From: Chloroflexota bacterium
GTDB lineage: Bacteria > Chloroflexota > Anaerolineae > Anaerolineales > VGOW01
Length of the DNA: 64,000 nt
Direction of reading: 5' to 3'
Assembly: GCA_016197225.1 (NCBI GenBank)
Contig: JACPWC010000071.1
Coordinates: 14,217-78,216 of the forward strand
Below the pieces are notes generated by a model. It did not search any database, was not told the DNA's origin, and was given only the letters and a program-made list of their open reading frames with translations. Positions 43,414 to 52,726 of this stretch are shown here, one piece after another (position 1 is the stretch's first letter; each line of letters starts with the position of its first letter). The translations under genes and the position numbers were made by a program.

Positions 43414-44184
43414 ATGAGCACCCAATCCTCCTCTCTTCCCGAAGACGAGAATCCCCACGTCGCCTCGTGGGCTGTGCCGGTCACTAAACTCAAAACCGAG
43501 GACGTCCCGCGCGAGGCCGTCAACCTGAACGTGGATGGCCGCCGCCTCACCGGGCCGCTCAAAGGCTTTGGGCAGATGTGGCAGAAAACCTACTCGGTGC
43601 GCCTGCCGGGCGTCCAACAATCGCCTGCCGACATCATCAACATTTGGAAGAAGAACTTTGGCAGTTTCTGGCAGAAGGGCAACCGCTTTTATGGCTCCAT
43701 CATCGGCATTGCGCCGGGCGAAGTGGCCCTGCTCAACCTGGCCGGGCCGGGCGGCATGACCGGCCCCGGCGGCGCGCCCCTCATCTCCACCGGCGTCCTG
43801 GTCATCTACGCCGACGACGTCTCTTTCAGCTTCATGACGCCCGAAGGCCACATGTTTGCCGGCATGATCACCTTCAGCGCCCACGAAGACGAAGATGGCC
43901 CGGTGGCGCAAATCCAGGTTCTCATCCGCGCCAACGATCCTGTCTACGAACTTGGCTGTCGCCTCGGCGTCGTCCACAAGACTGAAGACACGCACTGGCA
44001 TGCCACACTCACCAATCTGGCAACCCACCTCGGCGCGCAGAACATCAAAGTCGGGCAGAAGAACACGCTTGTAGATCCGCGCGTGCAGTGGAGCGAAGCG
44101 AAGAACGTCTGGCACAACGCCGCCCTGCGCACGGCGCTGTACATGCCGCTGACGCTGACCAGGAAAGTTTTCAAACGCGGCTGA
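43414..44184 (+). CDS. hypothetical protein (256 aa)
   Basis: A long ORF with normal composition immediately after the STAS genes. I cannot place the family with confidence. Confidence 0.5.
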   Translation: MSTQSSSLPEDENPHVASWAVPVTKLKTEDVPREAVNLNVDGRRLTGPLKGFGQMWQKTYSVRLPGVQQSPADIINIWKKNFGSFWQKGNRFYGSIIGIAPGEVALLNLAGPGGMTGPGGAPLISTGVLVIYADDVSFSFMTPEGHMFAGMITFSAHEDEDGPVAQIQVLIRANDPVYELGCRLGVVHKTEDTHWHATLTNLATHLGAQNIKVGQKNTLVDPRVQWSEAKNVWHNAALRTALYMPLTLTRKVFKRG

Positions 44185-44186
44185 AA

Positions 44187-44268
44187 GACTTCGACGCCAA
44201 GACGCAGGGACGCAAAGGAATGAAAAAGAAACCTTGCGCCCTTTGCCCCTTGGCGGCTTTGCGTCAAA
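44187..44268. repeat. CGCAAAG-type palindromic element
   Basis: gacttcgacgccaagacgcagggacgcaaaggaatgaaaaagaaaccttgcgccctttgccccttggcggctttgcgtc. It shares the core gcaaaggaatgaaaa(a)gaa with the copy at 37986-38060. Confidence 0.7.
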
Positions 44269-44275
44269 CCACCCT

Positions 44276-45691
44276 ATGCCTATTTACGACGCCATCATCG
44301 TCGGCGCCGGCCCCAACGGGCTGGCCGCCGCCATTACCCTCGCCCGGGCCGGGCGCAAAGTGCTGGTGCGCGAAGCCGCTTCCACCATCGGCGGCGGCTC
44401 CCGCTCCGCCGAACTGACTCTGCCCGGTTTCGTCCACGACGTGTGCGCGGCCGCCCATCCTCTTGGATTGGCCTCCCCGTTTTTCCGGTCGTTGTCATTG
44501 AGTGAATTCGGCCTGGAATGGATCCAGCCGTCAATTCCTGTGGCTCACCCGTTTGACGACGGCACGGCGGCAGTGCTGGATCGGTCGCTTGAAGCCACGG
44601 GCGACTCGCTCGGCGCAGATTCAAAAACCTATCAACGCTTGATGAAACCGCTCGTGGCGGACTGGGAAAAGATCATGCGCGAGTTTCTCGGCCCGTTGCG
44701 CTTTCCGCGCTACCCGCTGGCCATGACTCGCTTTGGCCTGCTGGCGATCTGGCCCGCCCGGACTCTGGCTCAGACTCTCTTTCGGGGCGGGCGGGCCAGG
44801 GCCTTGTTCGCCGGGTTGGCCGCCCACTCGATCCAACCGTTGGAGCGCCCACCCACCGCCGCCTTCGGCTTCATGCTCGGCATCCTCGGCCACGCCGTCG
44901 GCTGGCCGGTCGCCAAAGGCGGCTCGCAATCCATTGTGAACGCGATGGCGGCTTATCTTCGTTCGCTGAGCGGCGAGATCGTCACTGATGCGCGAGTGGA
45001 CTCGGTGGATGAGTTGCCGTCCGCCCGCGCTGTTCTTTTTGATGTGACCCCGCGCCAGTTCCTGCATCTGGCAAAGGATCGCCTGCCGGCGTCGTATCGC
45101 AACACGCTGGAGCGGTATCGTTACGGGCCGGGGGCCTTTAAGATTGACTTTGCCTTGAGTGAGCCGATCCCGTGGAAAGCTGAAGCATGCCGACGCGCCG
45201 GCACGGTGCATCTGGGCGGCACGCTTGAGGAAATTGCCGCTTCCGAAAGCGCCGTGTGGCGGAACGAAACCGCCGAGCGGCCTTACATCTTGCTGGCCCA
45301 GCAGAGTCTATTCGATTGCTCACGCGCGCCGCAGGGCCAGCACACGGCCTGGGCTTACTGCCACGTGCCACATGCCTCCACCGTTGACATGACCGAACGC
45401 ATCATTGCCCAAATCGAGCGCTTCGCGCCGGGCTTTCGCGATTGCATTCTGGCGCATCACTCTCATTCGACAAAAGTGATGGAGCAATACAACCCCAACT
45501 ACATCGGCGGCGACATCACCGGCGGGGTGCAGGATTTTGGCCAACTCTTCACCCGTCCCACGTGGCATTTTCCGCCTTACGCCACTCCAGCCCGCGGCCT
45601 CTATCTTTGCTCGGCTTCCACCCCGCCGGGCGGCGGCGTGCACGGCATGTGCGGCTACTTTGCGGCGCAGACGGCCTTGCGCGATGAAAGG

Positions 45692-45697
<6 letters not shown>
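44276..45697 (+). CDS. phytoene-desaturase-family (CrtI-like) NAD(P)/FAD-dependent oxidoreductase
   Basis: [31 protein letters not shown] is a dinucleotide-binding motif. The protein is ~470 aa and has the C-terminal block [16 protein letters not shown] typical of this family. Confidence 0.75.
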
Positions 45698-47365
<1,668 letters not shown>

Positions 47366-47520
47366 AATGGTGTGGTTGCTTACAGGGTGAGGTGTGGTCT
47401 GATTCCGAATGTGGGATATTATACCGCTCAGTGTGGGTAACATCTTGTAGAGGGGTGTTGGCCTGTAGAGCAACTTATCGAGTGGCTTTCCCAGGCACAA
47501 GCTTGGGCATATAATTCAGC

Positions 47521-48651
47521 GTGATGGTATCCAAACATAAGCTAGAAGAAGTAACAGCCAAGAGTCTCCGTCGGAAGATACTCGCGCATTTTAAGCAGGT
47601 AAAACAATCCGACTCGGAGGAGACAAAAGATTCCCTCCGCGCTTTGCATGAGCCAGCCGTTCAAGTCGAACTGCTCAAAAACCAAAAGTGGATTAAGGCT
47701 AATTATCCCAAGTATTCTAAGTATTTTGCAGACGGCATTGATATGGCCCCTGCAAAAATTAAACCTATTCTGATAGAAGTCAATGACGAGCATTGGGCCA
47801 ATCTTTTTCGTCTTGCACGGCTAACGTGGTCTTTACCATTTACACGGGGTTACGGCAGACGGCTAAGATATGTTTTACTGGATGAAGCCAACGAAAAATT
47901 AATTGGCGTTCTTGGTCTACAGTCCCCTCCACTTGATTTTCCTGTACGTGACAAGCTATTCAACTACCCGGAAGGGCGAAAAATTGAGCTTGTAAATCAA
48001 ACGATGGATATATACACGCTAGGCGCAATCCCCCCTTACAATCGGTTGTTGGGCGGGAAATTAGTTGCGCTGACCGCCGCATCAAACGAAGTTAGGCAGG
48101 CTTACAGTAAAAAATACACCGGGGCAGTTACCGAAATTGATAAACGGACTTTGCCAGCAAGACTCGTTGCCCTCACTACAACAAGCGCCTATGGAAGAAG
48201 CAGCATCTATAACAGACTAAACTACAACAACCGTGCCATAGCATATTCAATCGGTTACACGGAAGGATATGGCAGTTTCCATCTCGCGCCTTTGTACCCT
48301 TTGGTCTGCGAGTTTCTAGAGAAATCAGGAGAAGTTATACGGGGCGGCTTTGGGGTTGGCCCTCGCATCATGTGGCAAAACTACAAACGGGTTTTTAGCC
48401 TGCTTGACCTGCCAAGCCAATTACTCAAGCATGGCGTAAGGCGCGAGGCTTTTCTGTTTCCACTAAGTTCTAATCTAGAAAACTATATGAGCGGAAAAGC
48501 ATCTCGCCCCGTTTACTATCACCAATCGTTTCAAGACCTAGTAGATTGGTGGTGCGAACGGTGGCTATTGCCGAGAGCCGACAGAGTCGACGGTTGGCAC
48601 GCTTGGGATAAAGAACAAATTGAGCATTTGCTCACTTTGAAGAAATCATGA
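47521..48651 (+). CDS. DUF4338-like protein (the domain found in Druantia DruA), first gene of a three-gene operon
   Basis: RGYGRRLRYVLLDEANEKLIGVLGLQSPPLDFPVRD ... IYTLGAIPPYNRLLGGKLVALTA ... LTTTSAYGRSSIYNRL follows the DUF4338 pattern as I recall it. The region is AT-richer than its flanks. Confidence 0.6.
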   Translation: MMVSKHKLEEVTAKSLRRKILAHFKQVKQSDSEETKDSLRALHEPAVQVELLKNQKWIKANYPKYSKYFADGIDMAPAKIKPILIEVNDEHWANLFRLARLTWSLPFTRGYGRRLRYVLLDEANEKLIGVLGLQSPPLDFPVRDKLFNYPEGRKIELVNQTMDIYTLGAIPPYNRLLGGKLVALTAASNEVRQAYSKKYTGAVTEIDKRTLPARLVALTTTSAYGRSSIYNRLNYNNRAIAYSIGYTEGYGSFHLAPLYPLVCEFLEKSGEVIRGGFGVGPRIMWQNYKRVFSLLDLPSQLLKHGVRREAFLFPLSSNLENYMSGKASRPVYYHQSFQDLVDWWCERWLLPRADRVDGWHAWDKEQIEHLLTLKKS

Positions 48652-49790
48652 ATGCTAATTTCGACCGCCCTTTTGCCGATTTGCCATCGGCGCTTGTTGA
48701 CGAAGTGCTACAGCGCACTCAGGAAGTGGGAAAAGCCCTTCTGGACTCATTCCATGAATTGCAATCACAGAAGGCCGCCCGCCGCAATCAACTGACAGAC
48801 TCAAAGCTATTGGGCCGCGAATCTGATTTTGAGTATGGCATCATCCCGACAACTTGTGGAATAGATGGAGCATTTGCCATTGAGCGATTATTGGCTATTG
48901 ACTTGATAGCGGTGGCAGCGGTTGCTATGGAGGGACTGACCCCGCCGTCAGAAAACCGTTTCTGGCCTGAACCGCGCCATCAGGTTTTGATTGAAACCGA
49001 GTCGCACGACCCCGACACCGGAACAATAGCGAGAGCCTTGATGATGGGGATGGAGTTAAGCCTAGCCGTACAAGCCCCTCATGAAGTTGTTTTTCTTGAT
49101 GGGTCGCTGACCACTCCAATCATCTTCTTCAATCAAGCACTGAACAAAATACAGGAAGCAGAACATTTGAAAACTTCGCAGGAGTTTCTGGCCCGTGCGA
49201 AGGACATTTTGGAAGCCTATCAGGCAATACTCAAAGCGCACCGTTCCGACAAGTATTGGGTGGCTATCCCTAAATACACTACTCGTCGTGAAATAGGAGA
49301 AATATCGCAGTGGCCAGAGTCACAAGATGACCGTTCTATTTTGACTGGCATCCTAGAGCCAGGAGAAATTACCCAACCAGTTGAGTTGAAAAAGCCTGAA
49401 AAGCCTTGGCATTTGAATACTAACCCTATTAAGGCCAAGGGTGTGGCGGAACTCGCCGACGACATCACAAATCGCTTGTATGAAATTCAGGTGGTGTATT
49501 ACCGGCCATATCCTTGGTTGCCTGCTTTGCGCCTTGAAATGAGTCGCGCGGTTGCCAAAACCCCCGCTAGACTTGCAAGCGTGTTACATGCTATCAAACA
49601 TCAATGCGGCGCACCCGCAATGATGGAACCTTACCCGCTTTATATGGCTGACCGTATGGTTAAGTCGCTTGCAACAGCCATCCCAACGTTTAGACAAATT
49701 ACAAGCCAGCACATGGCCGAGGCATATCAAGGCGATGTCGCAGATATATTCCTTGGGCTTCACGGATATCGAACTGAAACAGGTAGATGA
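48648..49790 (+). CDS. nurA: NurA-like nuclease
   Basis: GIDGAF (Asp73) and VVFLDGSLTTP (Asp151) match the NurA catalytic DG/DGSL motifs. ATGA overlaps occur at both gene boundaries. Confidence 0.65.
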   Translation: MNANFDRPFADLPSALVDEVLQRTQEVGKALLDSFHELQSQKAARRNQLTDSKLLGRESDFEYGIIPTTCGIDGAFAIERLLAIDLIAVAAVAMEGLTPPSENRFWPEPRHQVLIETESHDPDTGTIARALMMGMELSLAVQAPHEVVFLDGSLTTPIIFFNQALNKIQEAEHLKTSQEFLARAKDILEAYQAILKAHRSDKYWVAIPKYTTRREIGEISQWPESQDDRSILTGILEPGEITQPVELKKPEKPWHLNTNPIKAKGVAELADDITNRLYEIQVVYYRPYPWLPALRLEMSRAVAKTPARLASVLHAIKHQCGAPAMMEPYPLYMADRMVKSLATAIPTFRQITSQHMAEAYQGDVADIFLGLHGYRTETGR

Positions 49791-51622
49791 CTATGACACA
49801 CGATACTTCTAGCCACGTTGACAAACTGATAGACCAGTCTGAGCGAATCGGAGTTATAGGTTCGCCATCTTCAACGAATGAGTTGGCCCTAGACATTATG
49901 GGCGGGGCAGTCAGCAAAAAACTCGTTGGTGAGTTGGCTTTATTGCGGTATCTGCAAGATAACAGTCCTCACTATGCCCTCGGCCAAATCACCGAAGTGA
50001 CGTTGCGAAACGTGTGGCACGAAGACCCTACGATGCGGAGTCTCATTAGGCAACGCGGGCGTATTGACGCTGTTAGCGAACGCCAAGACACCCATCAAGG
50101 CGAAATGCTCATCAGTGCTGTGTTTGCCGGAGGAGCCAATGGTTATAGGCCAAGCATTCTTGGCACAGTTCCAGCCACCGGAACGCCCATTCATTTAGTT
50201 GATGATGGCGTACTCAATGAACTGCTATCACCTTATCGACAGCAGTTGTTTTACCTCGGCAAGGTATACGGTTCTACTCCCAACCTGCCCTTATGGTTTA
50301 AGCATTTTGACACAGGGCCAGATGGAGCAGGCGAGGCCTATCACCTCGGCATCTTCGGCAAGACTGGCTCAGGCAAATCAGTTTTGGCGAAAATGATATT
50401 GCTGGCCTATGCGCGTTATCCAAAGATGGCTATGCTGGTCATTGACCCGCAGGGAGAATTTGCAAAGGAAGCCAAAGGCGAGTCGGTGCTTGGGCAATTC
50501 ACTTTACCGACTAAAACCGTACTCAATCAACTCAACAAGTCAACCCAAGTTTACAGCGTCCGCGACCTTATACTCGACCGATGGGAACTCTTTGAGCAAA
50601 TACTTACTGAGTCGCGATTCTTTCGAGAACTTCAAATTATGACTCGCGACAAGGCGGAGTTAGCGTCCGGCCAACTCATTTTGGAAATGCAGAAGGCCAA
50701 GTTAACTCTGGCGAAGTTGCATGAGCGAAGCAGCTTTGACCGCGCTTGGGCATTACTAAAACAGGATAAGGTGCAGAACAAAATCTATGCAAAGGAAGGA
50801 GCAGCGGCTGAGAGATTCGCTGAAGCTATACAAGAAGCCGACCCTGATGAGATATATCGAACAATCTGGCTACCTGTTGCTCAACTTTTCAGGGAAGACC
50901 GAAAGAGTGCGCGGAAAGTTGAAGCCCTTTTGCGCGGCTTATTTGACCCAGAGAAAGACCGCCGTCCTCTTGTAGTAATTGACCTGTCAATTGAGCAGGC
51001 TATATCGCTGGGTGGTAGTAGCAGTTTAGGGCCATTGTTTAACGAAGAAGCGCAATCCGAGCAATCCGTAGAGGTGCTGTGGAACGAGACAATCCAGGCT
51101 TTGGTGATTAAGCGTCTGCTGGAGGGTATTCGCAGAACCGCTGAAGAAGCCTACAAACAGAACCGAAGTCTCAATACACTTGTCTTGATAGATGAAGCAC
51201 ACCGACTCGCCCCACGCGAAGAACCTGAAAATGACCAGAAAAAAAGCGTTAGGGGCATATTGATTGACGCAGCCCGAACCACGCGCAAGTATGGCGTGGG
51301 CTGGATGTTCATAAGTCAAACCTTGTCTAGTCTGCATCGGGAGATTCTGGAACAATTGCGTATTTTTTTCTTTGGCTTTGGGTTGGGCATGGGGTCAGAG
51401 TTCAAGGCCCTCAGCGAGTTAGTTGGCGGGCGAAGCAAAGCCCTTGACCTGTATCAATTATTCCGCGACCCTCACTCATCGTTTGATACATCATCGCGAG
51501 AATATTCATTCATGACGATTGGGCCAGTATCGCCTTTGTCCTTTTCGGGAACGCCTTTATTCCTGAGCAGTTTCAATAAGTCAGACGACTTTTTGAAGGC
51601 GAATGGCTTGGATAAGCCATAG
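49787..51622 (+). CDS. herA: HerA/DUF87-family hexameric ATPase (FtsK-HerA superfamily)
   Basis: N-terminal barrel-like region (IGVIGSPSSTNELALDI...ALGQITEV), Walker A GIFGKTGSGKS, Walker B LVLIDEAHRLAP, and RKYGVGWMFISQTLSSL. Confidence 0.8.
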   Translation: MTMTHDTSSHVDKLIDQSERIGVIGSPSSTNELALDIMGGAVSKKLVGELALLRYLQDNSPHYALGQITEVTLRNVWHEDPTMRSLIRQRGRIDAVSERQDTHQGEMLISAVFAGGANGYRPSILGTVPATGTPIHLVDDGVLNELLSPYRQQLFYLGKVYGSTPNLPLWFKHFDTGPDGAGEAYHLGIFGKTGSGKSVLAKMILLAYARYPKMAMLVIDPQGEFAKEAKGESVLGQFTLPTKTVLNQLNKSTQVYSVRDLILDRWELFEQILTESRFFRELQIMTRDKAELASGQLILEMQKAKLTLAKLHERSSFDRAWALLKQDKVQNKIYAKEGAAAERFAEAIQEADPDEIYRTIWLPVAQLFREDRKSARKVEALLRGLFDPEKDRRPLVVIDLSIEQAISLGGSSSLGPLFNEEAQSEQSVEVLWNETIQALVIKRLLEGIRRTAEEAYKQNRSLNTLVLIDEAHRLAPREEPENDQKKSVRGILIDAARTTRKYGVGWMFISQTLSSLHREILEQLRIFFFGFGLGMGSEFKALSELVGGRSKALDLYQLFRDPHSSFDTSSREYSFMTIGPVSPLSFSGTPLFLSSFNKSDDFLKANGLDKP

Positions 51623-51678
51623 AGAGTCAAACCATAGTATGGAGTAGCCTACCAATTGCCCCAGGATAGGAGTTCGCT

Positions 51679-51897
51679 ATGACCCTTGCAGAAATTCTCC
51701 CCACCGTCCAGCAACTGCCGGCGCAAGACAAACTCAGGCTGATTCGTATTCTCGCTGAAGAACTGGACGCCAAAACCGAGGCTGTTTTTCCATTTCAACC
51801 CAACAGGATTTACTATCTGCCCACTCCTTACAATTCGTTTGGAACTGGCCGAAAACTGATGGACGCCATGAAGCTGGCTGATAATCGCAAGAACTGA
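51679..51897 (+). CDS. small addiction-module-component-like protein (72 aa)
   Basis: ILPTVQQLPAQDKLRLIRILAEELD resembles the N-terminal helix of putative addiction-module antitoxin components. AGGAG lies upstream. Confidence 0.45.
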   Translation: MTLAEILPTVQQLPAQDKLRLIRILAEELDAKTEAVFPFQPNRIYYLPTPYNSFGTGRKLMDAMKLADNRKN

Positions 51898-51906
51898 ACG
51901 CTAACC

Positions 51907-52536
51907 GTGAACATGCAAGCCACCCCACCCTCCATTTGGGATGTGTATCAGGAAGGGAGCCGTTTCTTTATGAAGGAAGGCGATGTCTACGAAACGCTTC
52001 GCGCCCTGGCAACCCGGTTGAGGGAAGAGGGGCTGGAGTACGCGCTGATCGGCGGCCTGGCCCTGGCGGCGCACGGCTACCGCCGTTTCACCGAAGACGT
52101 GGACATTCTGATGACGCCTGAGACATTGCGCCTTTTCAAGGAGAAATTTGTCGGGTTGGGGTATTTGCCGGCCTTTGCCACCGCCTCAAAATCTTTCCGC
52201 GACACGCGCACCGGCGTCAAGGTCGAAGTGATGACGACCGGTGAGTATCCGGGCGACGGCAAACCGAAACCGGTGGCGTTTCCTGATCCGGTTTTGGCCC
52301 GCGTGGAGCGGGACGGCTTGTGGGTTTTGGCGTTGGAGAAGCTCGTCGAACTCAAGCTGGCTTCCGGCCTCTCGGCCTCCCACCGGCTCAAAGACCTGGC
52401 CGACGTTCAGGAATTGATCGCCATCTTGAAACTGCCGCTGGAGTTGGCCGGGCAGTTGGATGCCAGCGTCCGCGCCGAGTATCAACGGCTCTGGCAGGGC
52501 GCGCAAACCGCCCCGCCTGAGGAAGGGATGTCATAG
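51907..52536 (+). CDS. nucleotidyltransferase-fold protein (minimal NTase, GG...DxD)
   Basis: YALIGGLALAAHGYRRFTEDVDILM matches the G[GS]-x(9-13)-DxD minimal nucleotidyltransferase signature. The start is GTG 51907 or ATG 51913. Confidence 0.6.
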   Translation: MNMQATPPSIWDVYQEGSRFFMKEGDVYETLRALATRLREEGLEYALIGGLALAAHGYRRFTEDVDILMTPETLRLFKEKFVGLGYLPAFATASKSFRDTRTGVKVEVMTTGEYPGDGKPKPVAFPDPVLARVERDGLWVLALEKLVELKLASGLSASHRLKDLADVQELIAILKLPLELAGQLDASVRAEYQRLWQGAQTAPPEEGMS

Positions 52537-52577
52537 CCTCTGCAGTAAGAAACACATGATATTTGTCATTTGTTTGA

Positions 52578-52607
52578 AGCGCCCTCACCGTGAGGGCGCT
52601 TTTTTTA
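52578..52607 (+). terminator. rho-independent terminator
   Basis: agcgccctca-ccg-tgagggcgct is a 10-bp perfect stem, followed by ttttttt. Confidence 0.8.
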
Positions 52608-52625
52608 TTCCCGGCCCGGCCTGAA

Positions 52626-52641
52626 TATGACGATTGTCATA
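52626..52641. promoter_or_regulatory. perfect 16-bp palindrome upstream of nosZ (candidate Crp/FNR-family operator)
   Basis: TATGAC-GATT-GTCATA has 5-4-5 geometry like FNR/Crp half-sites and lies about 86-101 nt upstream of the nosZ ATG. A Crp/FNR regulator is encoded at 60608-61306. Confidence 0.35.
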
Positions 52642-52726
52642 CGCTCCGATTGTGTTTTAAGGAACAATCTGGGGCATATCGGTTATTCAAGCGATTCGCT
52701 TTTCTCACAACCCCAAGGAGGCTTCT

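Noticed and set aside
47366-52620. Calling the 47.5-52.6 kb island a prophage or integrative element.
   Set aside because: I could find no integrase, transposase, phage structural genes, flanking tRNA or direct repeats at the borders. Only the compositional shift and gene content suggest horizontal origin.
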